From assembly GCA_019038645.1 (NCBI GenBank), contig JAHOYT010000022.1:998-64997 (forward strand): a DNA stretch of 64,000 bases, written 5' to 3'. The notes beneath the pieces were generated by a model. The model ran no database searches, was not told the DNA's origin, and was given only the letters and a program-made list of their open reading frames with translations. The position numbers and the translations under genes are program-made. This DNA is from Bacteroidales bacterium. Lineage in GTDB: Bacteria; Bacteroidota; Bacteroidia; Bacteroidales; UBA12077. Positions 18,129-27,879 of the stretch are shown here, one piece after another. The stretch's first letter is position 1; each line of letters opens with the position of its first letter.

Positions 18129-20834
18129 CTATTCCGTATAGTTTTTATTATAAAACATCAGGTAATTACGAACAATTTTCTCTTTAGCTAATTTTGTCAG
18201 GTTACCCTCTGCAATTATAAAATACTGATAATCTGAAGTGTTAACATCTCTAAAGATAGTCTCTTTTTCTGTTTCAAGTTTATTATAATATTCCAGACCT
18301 TCAACAGCATTTTTAAATTGCTTTACCGTAATAATTGAAAAGAAATCATTGAATTCTTTGTTTTCAATATCGTAACTTTTCTGAATAAAGAAATCAAGGT
18401 TAAAATTAATGATATTGAATTTCAACTGGTTTATATCTGATTCTTTTGATATAACAATTGCAAAATAATGCTTTTCTTCAGGAGTATATGTATATATTTT
18501 CTCTATTTCATCAATTGTTTTCTGCACTTCCTCATCCTCATTTAATCCTGATTCATAAAGCATTCCTGATTCTTTTGTTAAACCAATGTCTGCAATATTT
18601 TTAAATTCATTTTCCTGAATAGATGCCAAAATCTCTTCAGCTGCCAGAGCAACAGGGTCTTCCCGAAATTCAGGTATTAATTTTTCAAGTTCCTTTTTCA
18701 AAATAATAATACCATAAACTTTTCCCATTGAAAGAGCTTTTACATATCTGTATTTAGGTATATAAACCTTATCTGAATACATATTTAAAGCAACATTACA
18801 ACGGGTTATTACTTCTGAGAATTTGTTCTGCCTGTAGAAATCAAGTGTTATCTGATAATATTCTTTTCTGTCCTTTTCTTCTCTTTCGAATTGCTGAAAA
18901 TAGTCCGGATCAATTAAAACCTTTGCATATTTTGAATCCGGATAATTTCTAATAATGATATTTTTATAAACATCAGCCTGAGCACTGTTTTCTTCCTGCA
19001 AATAAACTTTATACATGCTATAATATGCAGCTACCTTGTATTCGCTTTCTGAATATCTTTCAGTAAGTTCTTTATAAGCATCCAAAGCCAATGGATAATC
19101 TTTAAGATTATTACGATAAACCTCGCCAACATTGTACAGTCCTGATTGTATTTTTTTGTGCGACATCTCCATGGCTGAATCAGTAAGAGGAAGATCAACC
19201 ATGTAATATTCAGGCGTTTTATCATCTAAACCGGTTTTATTATCGATAATTTCGTCTGAAAATTCTGTTTCTATAATTTGCTCAATACCAACAGCCTGTT
19301 TGTTTTTTCGTCTCCAGTTATCTTCCAGCTTTCTGGTTCCCCAACGTCTTTTAAACTCGGGCTGACCAAAACTTTTTGCTGATTGATTGTAAAAATACCA
19401 TTTCCCTCCTTCTGTTAACGATGAAGCCGGTCGTGAACCAGTTCTGTTAACTCCGGCCATTTCTGCCAGTTCTCTGGCTTTTTTTCTTTCCAGATCTTCT
19501 GCTTCCTTTTCCCTTAAATCCTGTATAATATTTTTAATAAAATTATTTCTTTCCTGTTCAGACATTTTAGCTACCATTTGTAAACTGTCCTGATGCCTCA
19601 CTTCTTTCAGATTTTTAACCAGCCTTGACAAATACTGATTTTTTACCGATAATTCTCTGTAACCAGGAAAATCCGGATCAAGTGAAACAACTGCGCTATC
19701 AAAATATGCCTGCGATTCAACATAATCGGTTCTGTCGAAATAAAGATTTGCAAGTGCAAGATATGATAAGGCTTTCTGATTTGTATTTGAAACACTGGTT
19801 TTTGCCGATAAATGATAATATTCAATAGCCTGGCTTATTTTATCATTTTTCATTTCAAGTTCTCCAAGGGCGAAATAAATCTGATCCTGATAATCAATGT
19901 TCTTATCATCTTTAAGCATCGCTAATAATTCAGATTTTATTGAACCGGAAGATTTCCCTCCTGAATATAATGTTGCTCTTTTTATTTTAGCATTAAAAGC
20001 CATTTCGTAGGGAGGATTCATTTTGATAACCGCCTCATAAAGTTCCGAAGCTTCACTAAAACTTTCATTCTCTTCCTGCAACTGAGCATGAATATATGTT
20101 AATCTAATTCTTTCCTTTTTCTTTTTAACCAACAATAATGCTTCGCTAATATATGGTTCTGCTTCACCATATTTTTGCTGTTTTAAATAAAAATCAGCAA
20201 GCGTTAAATTAATTTGATAATTTAGTTTTTCGGGATAATCGATGTCAGTTAGTAAAAAGTCAATAATATTTTGTGCTTCGCGAAAATCCTTTAATTGAAC
20301 ATTTGACCTAACCAGCCAGTTATATGCAAGGTATTTTGCTTTTGGATCATCATATTGCTTAATAATAAAATCAAAAACTCTAATAGCACTAGCATAATCG
20401 GCTTGATAAAAGAACGCTTTCCCCATTATTAAATAGGAATCGTCGATATAAGCGTTATATTCATTTTTATTATAAAAGTCCTTGTCTTTTTGAGACATGG
20501 CACTTTTACTCTGATCAGGTTTTGTGGTAATTGAATGTAATCTTATTGATTTTGTAGATTTTTCAATTGTTCTGTCCATTCCCGGTTTAATAGAAGCTGA
20601 AAGTTGTTCATCACCATAAATAAAAACAGGGAGTATTTGGGAATAATCATCGGTATGTGCTACTTCATAGGTCTTTAATCCTTCTTTGTAACTCTCAGTA
20701 CCATTGAATAAAATATTATATTTAGTTGTTAAACCATGATAAAATCTGGTAAGACCGGTGTTTTTTTTGGTTGAACATCCAAAAAACAAACCCATTATTA
20801 TTAAAAACAAAAAATATTTTAAACCTTTATTCAC
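18129..20834 (-). CDS. sprE: TPR-repeat periplasmic lipoprotein, SprE/PorW-like (T9SS / gliding motility)
   Basis: 901 aa. Lipobox FFGCSTKKNTG is followed by the SprE/PorW-like N-terminal motif RFYHGLTTKYNILFNG. Multiple TPR-like repeats are present. It lies 45 nt upstream of the porX-like gene. Confidence 0.6.
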   Translation of the reverse strand: MNKGLKYFLFLIIMGLFFGCSTKKNTGLTRFYHGLTTKYNILFNGTESYKEGLKTYEVAHTDDYSQILPVFIYGDEQLSASIKPGMDRTIEKSTKSIRLHSITTKPDQSKSAMSQKDKDFYNKNEYNAYIDDSYLIMGKAFFYQADYASAIRVFDFIIKQYDDPKAKYLAYNWLVRSNVQLKDFREAQNIIDFLLTDIDYPEKLNYQINLTLADFYLKQQKYGEAEPYISEALLLVKKKKERIRLTYIHAQLQEENESFSEASELYEAVIKMNPPYEMAFNAKIKRATLYSGGKSSGSIKSELLAMLKDDKNIDYQDQIYFALGELEMKNDKISQAIEYYHLSAKTSVSNTNQKALSYLALANLYFDRTDYVESQAYFDSAVVSLDPDFPGYRELSVKNQYLSRLVKNLKEVRHQDSLQMVAKMSEQERNNFIKNIIQDLREKEAEDLERKKARELAEMAGVNRTGSRPASSLTEGGKWYFYNQSAKSFGQPEFKRRWGTRKLEDNWRRKNKQAVGIEQIIETEFSDEIIDNKTGLDDKTPEYYMVDLPLTDSAMEMSHKKIQSGLYNVGEVYRNNLKDYPLALDAYKELTERYSESEYKVAAYYSMYKVYLQEENSAQADVYKNIIIRNYPDSKYAKVLIDPDYFQQFEREEKDRKEYYQITLDFYRQNKFSEVITRCNVALNMYSDKVYIPKYRYVKALSMGKVYGIIILKKELEKLIPEFREDPVALAAEEILASIQENEFKNIADIGLTKESGMLYESGLNEDEEVQKTIDEIEKIYTYTPEEKHYFAIVISKESDINQLKFNIINFNLDFFIQKSYDIENKEFNDFFSIITVKQFKNAVEGLEYYNKLETEKETIFRDVNTSDYQYFIIAEGNLTKLAKEKIVRNYLMFYNKNYTE

Positions 20835-20964
20835 CAGACAAATAATTTAACCTGCAACCAACTATTTCAAACCACATTTTTGCTGAAATATTATATAAAA
20901 TTGCTATTTATTTTTTACAAATTTAAGGAAAGTATAAAACTAGTAAATAAATTGAATATGACAT

Positions 20965-21001
20965 AAAAGAAAATGGATGTTAAAATTAACATCCATTTTC
21001 T
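20965..21001 (-). terminator. Intrinsic (symmetrical) terminator after the apbC-nifU pair
   Basis: A 30-nt near-perfect palindrome AAAATGGATGTTAAAATTAACATCCATTTT (20970-20999) gives a 12-13 bp stem. It has its own T-run on both strands and lies 32 nt downstream of the nifU-like stop. Confidence 0.5.
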
Positions 21002-21030
21002 CAAATATCATTTAATTTTCTACATACAAA

Positions 21031-21276
21031 TCAAGCTGAAATTACTTCTTTGATTTCAGGAATTTGCTTTTTAACTGCCTGTTCAACTCCATTTTTTAAT
21101 GTTTGAATACTGTACGGGCATGATCCGCATGCTCCTAACAATTCTACTTTCACAACCATATCATCGGTTAATTCCACAAATCTGATATCTCCACCATCTG
21201 CTACAAGATATGGCCTTACCATTTCAATTGATTCATTTATTCTTTTTTCAAGATCTTGTCTTCTAGCGTCATCCAT
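21031..21276 (-). CDS. NifU/Nfu-type Fe-S cluster scaffold domain protein
   Basis: 81 aa with the Nfu C-terminal domain pattern (LVADGGDIRFVEL ... LLGACGSCP). Confidence 0.85.
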   Translation of the reverse strand: MDDARRQDLEKRINESIEMVRPYLVADGGDIRFVELTDDMVVKVELLGACGSCPYSIQTLKNGVEQAVKKQIPEIKEVISA

Positions 21277-21298
21277 TTTTATTAGCTTTTAGATTATA

Positions 21299-22414
21299 TT
21301 ATTTAGTTTTTATTTCAACTCTTTTTGTTGGTTCTAACTTAGCATTTCTTTCATCAACCGCTTTTATTACAGAAGCTGATAATTCCTTAAACGCTTTTTC
21401 TACCAATGAACCATCCGTCAGTACAGCTGGATTCCCAAAATCTCCTCCTTCGCGAATACTTTGAACGATAGGAATTTGACCAAGAAAAGGAATATTTTCC
21501 TTTTCTGCAAGATTTTTACAACCATCTTTACCAAAAATATAATATTTATTATCCGGTAATTCTTCGGGTGTAAACCACGACATATTTTCAATTAAGCCTA
21601 AAACGGGAACATTTATATTTTTTCCAGTGAACATTTTTATTCCTTTAATAGCATCTGCCAAAGCAACATCCTGAGGAGTGCTCACAATTATAGCTCCTGT
21701 TACAGACACTTCCTGTACCAGTGTCAAATGAATATCACTTGTTCCGGGAGGTAAATCAACAACGAGGTAATCTATTTCGCCCCACTCTGCCTGATGAATT
21801 AATTGTTTTAAGGCGCTTGTTGCCATTGCTCCTCTCCAAACCAAAGCATCTTCAGGATTAATAAAAAATCCAATGGACAACACTTTAACACCATAATTTT
21901 CAACCGGTGTAATCATATCAACCTCATTGACCTTACGAACAAAAGGTCTTTGTCCTTCTACATTAAACATTTTTGGAATTGACGGGCCGTAAATATCTGC
22001 ATCAATCAATCCAACTTTCGCTCCTGTTTTTGCAAGAGAAACTGCCAGATTTGTTGCAACTGTCGATTTCCCAACGCCACCTTTACCTGATGCAACTGCA
22101 ATAATGTTCTTAACATCTTTCATGGTTTGCGCATCCGGAGTTCCTTTTGTTTCTTTTTTCTCAGGAGATTTAATTTTGATATTATCAGTAAAATCAAGAT
22201 CTTTTCCTAAATGTTGTTCTATGGCCTGAATACAAACTTTGTGCATTGAATTAATAAACGGATCGTTAGGTTTTTTAAAACTTAGCGTAAAACCGGCTTT
22301 GTTTCCTTCAATCCAGATATCATCAACCATTCCCATTACCACAATATCCTGAGCAGTTTCAGGATGCTTTACATTCCTTAATGCGTCTAATATTTGTTTT
22401 TTAGAATATGACAT
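21299..22414 (-). CDS. apbC: Mrp/NBP35-family Fe-S cluster carrier ATPase (ApbC)
   Basis: 371 aa. N-terminal DUF59-like domain, then the deviant Walker A IAVASGKGGVGKST, plus VDLPPGTSD and a C-terminal region typical of Mrp/ApbC. Confidence 0.9.
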   Translation of the reverse strand: MSYSKKQILDALRNVKHPETAQDIVVMGMVDDIWIEGNKAGFTLSFKKPNDPFINSMHKVCIQAIEQHLGKDLDFTDNIKIKSPEKKETKGTPDAQTMKDVKNIIAVASGKGGVGKSTVATNLAVSLAKTGAKVGLIDADIYGPSIPKMFNVEGQRPFVRKVNEVDMITPVENYGVKVLSIGFFINPEDALVWRGAMATSALKQLIHQAEWGEIDYLVVDLPPGTSDIHLTLVQEVSVTGAIIVSTPQDVALADAIKGIKMFTGKNINVPVLGLIENMSWFTPEELPDNKYYIFGKDGCKNLAEKENIPFLGQIPIVQSIREGGDFGNPAVLTDGSLVEKAFKELSASVIKAVDERNAKLEPTKRVEIKTK

Positions 22415-22519
22415 GTTATTATCCTTATTTTTATTTAATTTAAATTAACGCAGCAAAGATAATTATTATTTAATTATTTGAGCACAAATTTTGGCTATTG
22501 TGTTCGGCAAGAAAGTTAT

Positions 22520-22870
22520 TTATTTTAATTCCTTTAAAGGGTCCCAAAAATACTTTTCAAAATTGACTATTTTATCATTTTCAATTTTAATACCCTCATT
22601 TTCCAGAAGTTGTTTCATTGAATTTGAATTTCCGAAATGATGTTTTCCTGTAAGAACTCCGGACCGATTTACAACTCTGTGAGCAGGAACATATTCACTC
22701 TGGTGATGCGAATCGTTCATTGCCCAACCCACTACTCTGGCAGATTGTGCTGTTCCGAGATATTTTGCTATTGCACCATAACTCGTTACCCTTCCCTTTG
22801 GAATTTGACGGGCAAGATTGTAAACCATGTTAAAAAAACCTTCTTTATTCTTCGTCTTTTGGTTCTTCAA
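22520..22870 (-). CDS. Alkyltransferase-like (ATL) protein: MGMT-family DNA-binding domain lacking the acceptor cysteine
   Basis: Shows the MGMT DNA-binding-domain pattern (IPKGRVTSYGAIAKYLG..SARVVGWAM). The active-site PCHRV motif reads PAHRVVNRSG, with the Ala codon at 22682-22684. The annotated start overlaps the trmB 3' end by 26 nt; the internal Met at 22828 (MVYNLARQ) may be the real start. Confidence 0.8.
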   Translation of the reverse strand: MKNQKTKNKEGFFNMVYNLARQIPKGRVTSYGAIAKYLGTAQSARVVGWAMNDSHHQSEYVPAHRVVNRSGVLTGKHHFGNSNSMKQLLENEGIKIENDKIVNFEKYFWDPLKELK

Positions 22871-23543
22871 GTTTTACCTGTTTATTTAACTTAAATCTTA
22901 AATAATATATTGGTTTGCCTTGCGCAAGAAATTGTTTCTCGTAAAATGTTTTTATTGACAAAATATCGTTAACAATTCCTGAATTATAAAGATCGTTAGT
23001 ATCAATACTTAGTTCTAATCTATTTAATTCAATTAGCTTTTTTGTATATGTATACAAATCAGCATTATCGGTTTTTAGATTAACATATCCGTCTTGTTTA
23101 ATAAACCCCTGATAATATCCCAGAAATCTTGTTGAAGTAAGTCTTTTATAATACTTTTTGAGTTGAGGATCGGGGAAAGTAATCCAGATTTCTGAAACTT
23201 CCGCTTCGCCGAAGAATGAATTTGTAAGATCTACTCTGGTTCTTAAAAAACCAACATTTTTTATTTCATCATCGAAGGCAGTTTTAGCTCCTCTCCACAT
23301 TCTGGCTCCCTTTATATCAATCCCCAGAAAATTTTTATTCTTATATTGTTTAGCAAGACCAACTGTATATTCTCCTTTGCCACACCCGAGTTCCAAAACT
23401 AAAGGATTGCTATTACCAAAGAAATCTTTGGCCCATTTTCCTTTTAACCGGTAATCTTTATTAAAAACTTCATCAAATGGTGGTTGCACAACATGGTTAA
23501 AAGTTTCCATTTCAGCAAACCTTGATAGTTTATTCTTTACCAC
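22845..23543 (-). CDS. trmB: tRNA (guanine46-N7)-methyltransferase
   Basis: 232 aa. SAM motif LELGCGKGEYTVGLA, then FPDPQLKK and the remaining TrmB pattern. Confidence 0.9.
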   Translation of the reverse strand: MVKNKLSRFAEMETFNHVVQPPFDEVFNKDYRLKGKWAKDFFGNSNPLVLELGCGKGEYTVGLAKQYKNKNFLGIDIKGARMWRGAKTAFDDEIKNVGFLRTRVDLTNSFFGEAEVSEIWITFPDPQLKKYYKRLTSTRFLGYYQGFIKQDGYVNLKTDNADLYTYTKKLIELNRLELSIDTNDLYNSGIVNDILSIKTFYEKQFLAQGKPIYYLRFKLNKQVKLEEPKDEE

Positions 23544-23563
23544 TTTAACTCATTATTTTAAAC

Positions 23564-24046
23564 TTAGCGAATTTCAACTTTTTCAATTCTTAAACCGATA
23601 TCCGAAATAAATTCCAGGTTATCTGTTCTCATTGCCTGTATGTATTCAAAAGTATATACACCGGAAACAGGGAATCGAATGCTTTTCTTATATAAAAACT
23701 GATTATCATATATGTCTCCCCAACCACTGCCAGTCCATTTACCACGTTCATCGGCCAGATAGCATTCAAACGTATCACGAAGGAAAGATCCGCCGGGCGC
23801 CGTTGTCTGCACAAAAATAAACAAATTCTGCATTTTATACCTTGAGCTGTTTCGAACGTTAATATAAATATTGTGAGGATTGATTGTATCCTGAACATCA
23901 ACTTCAAACTTTAATATTGAATCCTTGTGCCATATAAAACCAGGAATTTCTACGTTTCTTTCATATACCTGATGCGGGTCACATGAACACAATATAATAA
24001 CAAAAAATACAAACAAAAAGATATTAAGAATTCTGCCTTTTGTCAT
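23564..24046 (-). CDS. gldH: Gliding-motility / T9SS-associated lipoprotein GldH
   Basis: 160 aa with lipobox ILCSCD. Size and sequence pattern resemble GldH. Its position immediately downstream of a PSP1/YaaT-like gene matches my recollection of the gldH neighbourhood in Flavobacterium. It overlaps the upstream gene by 23 nt. Confidence 0.65.
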   Translation of the reverse strand: MTKGRILNIFLFVFFVIILCSCDPHQVYERNVEIPGFIWHKDSILKFEVDVQDTINPHNIYINVRNSSRYKMQNLFIFVQTTAPGGSFLRDTFECYLADERGKWTGSGWGDIYDNQFLYKKSIRFPVSGVYTFEYIQAMRTDNLEFISDIGLRIEKVEIR

Positions 24047-25181
24047 TTCCGTGTCTTTTGTGTTTATTATTTCTTTTCTTCTTTTTCTTTATTTTCTTTT
24101 CGTCAAAACGGGTTAAGCTTTCCTGTCCGACTTCATTTTTAAAATCAAGAGGACCTTCTGTTGCAGCTGAAGATAAATCAATAAGGGCATCTACTTTCTT
24201 CCCTTTTTTATTAAGGTCTATTATTTCCTTTACTCTCTCGACGGGTACCGGTGTAAAATTCACGAGATTAACAGGATCAAATGTATACCACATAATACCA
24301 CGAAAAATATCTGTTTTGCTATGGTGTGCCTGTCCTGTTTTTGTTTCCAGTACGATTTGCGTTGAAGGAAAATCCTTTTGAGCATCGATATAACAATCAA
24401 GCTCGTAGTTTAGACAACATTTTAATTTACCACATTGTCCGGCCAGCTTTTGAGGATTAAGCGAAATTTCCTGATAACGGGCAGAGTTAGTGGTAACAGA
24501 AACAAAGTTTGTAATCCATGTTGAACAGCAAAGTTCTCTCCCACACGATCCTATTCCGCCTATTCTTCCTGCTTCCTGCCGCGCCCCGATCTGACGCATT
24601 TCAATTCTGATTTTAAATTTTTCAGCTAAAATCTTTATTAATTCACGAAAATCAACTCTCTCGTCCGCAATGTAATAGAATATTGCCTTTGTCTTATCTC
24701 CCTGATATTCAACATCTCCAATTTTCATTGCGAGTTTAAGATCAGAAGTAACCTGACGTGTTTTCAGCATGGTTGAATCTTCCAGAGATACAGCTTCGTA
24801 CCATTTCTCCAAATCTGCAGGCTTTGCTTTTCTGTAAACTTTTTTAAATTCATGTTCTGCAGGATTTATTCCAAGTTTATGAAGCTGAATACTTACCAGC
24901 TCGCCCATAATTGAAACAACTCCTATATCATGACCCGGTGAAGCTTCAACAGCAACAATATCACCTTTTTTTAGTCGCAGAGAGTTTGCATTAATAAAAA
25001 ATTCCTTACGGGTATTCTTAAACCGGACTTCAACAATATTATATTTCAGAACCGAATCAGGGATTTCACTCAACCAGTCGAAAGCATTAAGTTTACTACA
25101 ACTTTCCGGTTTTATGCAATTACATGATGATATATTATTTTCAGGCTGACTACCTGATTTTTCTTTTTCAATGTTATCCAT
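24024..25181 (-). CDS. PSP1 domain protein (RicT/YaaT-like) with lysine-rich C-terminal tail
   Basis: 385 aa. PSP1 C-terminal-domain pattern with a Cys cluster (GSCGRELCCSTW ... GQCGKLKCCLNYE). The tail is KKIKKKKKRNNKHKRHG. Confidence 0.85.
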   Translation of the reverse strand: MDNIEKEKSGSQPENNISSCNCIKPESCSKLNAFDWLSEIPDSVLKYNIVEVRFKNTRKEFFINANSLRLKKGDIVAVEASPGHDIGVVSIMGELVSIQLHKLGINPAEHEFKKVYRKAKPADLEKWYEAVSLEDSTMLKTRQVTSDLKLAMKIGDVEYQGDKTKAIFYYIADERVDFRELIKILAEKFKIRIEMRQIGARQEAGRIGGIGSCGRELCCSTWITNFVSVTTNSARYQEISLNPQKLAGQCGKLKCCLNYELDCYIDAQKDFPSTQIVLETKTGQAHHSKTDIFRGIMWYTFDPVNLVNFTPVPVERVKEIIDLNKKGKKVDALIDLSSAATEGPLDFKNEVGQESLTRFDEKKIKKKKKRNNKHKRHGNDKRQNS

Positions 25182-25269
25182 AACTTACATGTTATACTCT
25201 ACAAAATCAATCTCACAATACAAATATCTCTTAGGATAAAGACATTTCAATTAGCAAAAGTAATGAAAA

Positions 25270-26397
25270 TTACTTTTTTATCAATTTAATAACCTTTAAA
25301 GCTAAATCTAAAAATACGATTTTATTATATGCATTCATTTCAATATCGGAATGAGCGCAGTTTAATGCTTCATAAATCTGAGAAACATTTTCCTGATTAA
25401 TAAACTGAGAAAATTTCTCTGAAAACTCTAATTCCTGCTTCGTAAGATATACCAGCTCTCTATTTTCAATGTTAAGCATAAAGTTATCGCGTATAAGCCT
25501 AAGTGTATATGATAAAAAGTTCTTTTGTTTTTCCCGTCCTATTCTGGAAATTTCATCAACCCAGTCGATTATTTCAATAACTTTTCGCTGATAAGATAAG
25601 CGCATGAATTGTGTAAACTGATCAAAATTATAATTATCTTCTTCAGTTGAATTTATCAAATTTTGTACATTTAAATAATTGCCGTTTGCCAGATGAGTTA
25701 TATCACTGGCCTTTTCAGGAGATAACCCAAACCTGTCGCAAAGTGCACTTCGCATACTTTCATTATCAATTTTAGGAATTTTTATTAATTGAGTTCTTGA
25801 AAGTATGGTTGGTAATATTTGTTCTGAATTTTCAGATACCAGTAAAAAAAGAGTTTTTGCCGGTGGCTCCTCAATAAACTTCAATAATTTATTTGCAGCA
25901 AAAGCATTCATTTTTTCCGGCAACCAAATAATCATTATTTTATAATCAGATTCAAAAGTTTTCAGATTCAGTTTCTTTAAAATCTCAGAACTTTCGTTCT
26001 TGCTAATAATTCCCTGTTTGTTCTCAACATCAATTATTTCATACCACTTGTTTTGATTTATATATGGGTTTTCAATAATTGTTTCGCGCCATTGCGCAAT
26101 ATAATCATCACTAACGGGATTTTTCTTAACAGCTTTTGAAGTTGAAACCGGATATACAAAATGCAGGTCGGGATGTACTAGTTTATGAAATTTTAAACAA
26201 GAAACGCAAACTCCGCAGGAATCCTGTTCCTGTTTATTTTCGCATGATACATATTGTGAATATGCAATAGCAAGTGCAAGATTCCCTGAACCTTCCCCTC
26301 CAAGAAATAGCTGAGCATGACTAATTCTGTTCTCCTTAATAGTATGAACTAGTTTTTCCTTTATTTTCTTATGACCAACAACTTCTTTAAACTGCAT
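25270..26397 (-). CDS. holB: DNA polymerase III delta-prime subunit
   Basis: 375 aa. The AAA+-like N-terminus HAQLFLGGEGSGNLALA is followed by a zinc-module Cys cluster (C..C..C..C), LKFIEEPP and the SRT/SRC sensor (ILSRTQ). Confidence 0.85.
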   Translation of the reverse strand: MQFKEVVGHKKIKEKLVHTIKENRISHAQLFLGGEGSGNLALAIAYSQYVSCENKQEQDSCGVCVSCLKFHKLVHPDLHFVYPVSTSKAVKKNPVSDDYIAQWRETIIENPYINQNKWYEIIDVENKQGIISKNESSEILKKLNLKTFESDYKIMIIWLPEKMNAFAANKLLKFIEEPPAKTLFLLVSENSEQILPTILSRTQLIKIPKIDNESMRSALCDRFGLSPEKASDITHLANGNYLNVQNLINSTEEDNYNFDQFTQFMRLSYQRKVIEIIDWVDEISRIGREKQKNFLSYTLRLIRDNFMLNIENRELVYLTKQELEFSEKFSQFINQENVSQIYEALNCAHSDIEMNAYNKIVFLDLALKVIKLIKK

Positions 26398-26688
26398 AAA
26401 TTCTAAATAATTTTATATACTTTTTTAACTCCCGGAAGGATAATTAGCAAAAATAACAATAAACAAAATACAAACCACAAAGAACCTCAAATCAAAATTT
26501 AAAAAAATTTATTGAAAGGGGGAAAGATATGTAATTTCACCTGTCACTGTGCATTACGGGTCTTAATATCAACTAATTAATCTATTCGGCTTGCATTCGG
26601 AGCATAAAGCATTTTAGTTTTAAGCTTATACTCAAAAGTTTAATAAAATATATTTCTATCTTTAACACATCATCTAAAAGCTCCAAAC

Positions 26689-27879
26689 ATGTATTCTATC
26701 GACAATTATAATTTTTCAGGGAAAAAAGTACTAATGCGGGTAGACTTTAACGTCCCGTTAAACAATAAGCTTGAAATAACAGATGATACTAGAATTATTA
26801 CAGCAATTCCTACGATTCAGAAAATTATTACTGAAGGAGGATCAATAATTCTGCTTACACATTTAGGAAGACCAAAGGGGAAATTTAACGAAAAAATGTC
26901 TCTAAAAATTATTCTGCCTCATTTAAAAAAAATTCTTGGTCGTGAAATAAAATTTGCACCTGATTGTATTGGTATAAAAGCGGAAAAATTAGCTAAAAAC
27001 TTAAATCCTGGTGAAATTCTATTATTGGAAAATTTGAGATTTTATAAAGAAGAAACAGATGCTGATGAAGGTTTTGCACGGCACCTTGCCGGTCTTGGTG
27101 ATGTATATGTAAATAATGCGTTTGGTACTGCACACAGAGCACATGCCTCTACGTATACCATTGCAAAACATTTTCCTAAAAAATGCATGTTTGGTTATCT
27201 GGTCGAAAGTGAAATAAATAATATTGATAAAATTCTGCATCAGCCCTTGCATCCATTTACAGCAATTCTTGGAGGTTCAAAAGTATCCAGTAAAATTCAT
27301 ATTATTGAAGCTTTACTTGAAAAAGTTGACAATCTGATTATAGCCGGTGGAATTGGATTTACTTTTGCAAAAGCAATGGGAGGAAAAATAGGAAGCTCGT
27401 TGGTGGAAGATGCCTACCTGGATTTTGCACGTCATATTATTAGCGAAGCAAAAAATAATAATGTCAAATTATACTTACCTACGGATTGTGTTATTGCAAA
27501 TGAATTTAGAAATAGTGCAAAAATTGATCATTGCAACATCAATGAAATACCCGATGGATGGATGGGACTTGACATTGGAATTAAATCTGCAAATCGATTT
27601 GCAGAAGTAATCGAAAATTCTGAAAAAATACTTTGGAACGGCCCGATTGGTGTTTTTGAAATGCCAAGTTTTTCAATGGGAACGCTAAAAACGGCAATGT
27701 CTGTAGCCCGTGCTACAGATAAAGGAGCATTTTCCCTAATTGGTGGCGGTGATTCAATTGCTGCCGTAAATAAATATAGCTTAGCACATAAAATTAGTTA
27801 TATATCAACCGCCGGAGGTGCGTTACTGGAATACCTTGAAGGAAAAGAACTGCCAAGTATTAAAGCAATTAAGCAAAAT
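26689..27879 (+). repeat. PGK unit 1 of the intragenic tandem duplication
   Basis: It aligns end to end with 27880-29070. I estimate about 70-75% protein identity by eye, with clear DNA divergence, so it is not an assembly duplicate. Confidence 0.9.

Noticed and set aside
24050-24110. A long pyrimidine-rich / T-tract region, considered as a possible slippage-prone phase-variation tract.
   Set aside because: It is interrupted by C residues every few bases, so there is no long pure homopolymer. It simply encodes the Lys/Arg-rich tail of the PSP1-domain protein on the opposite strand.
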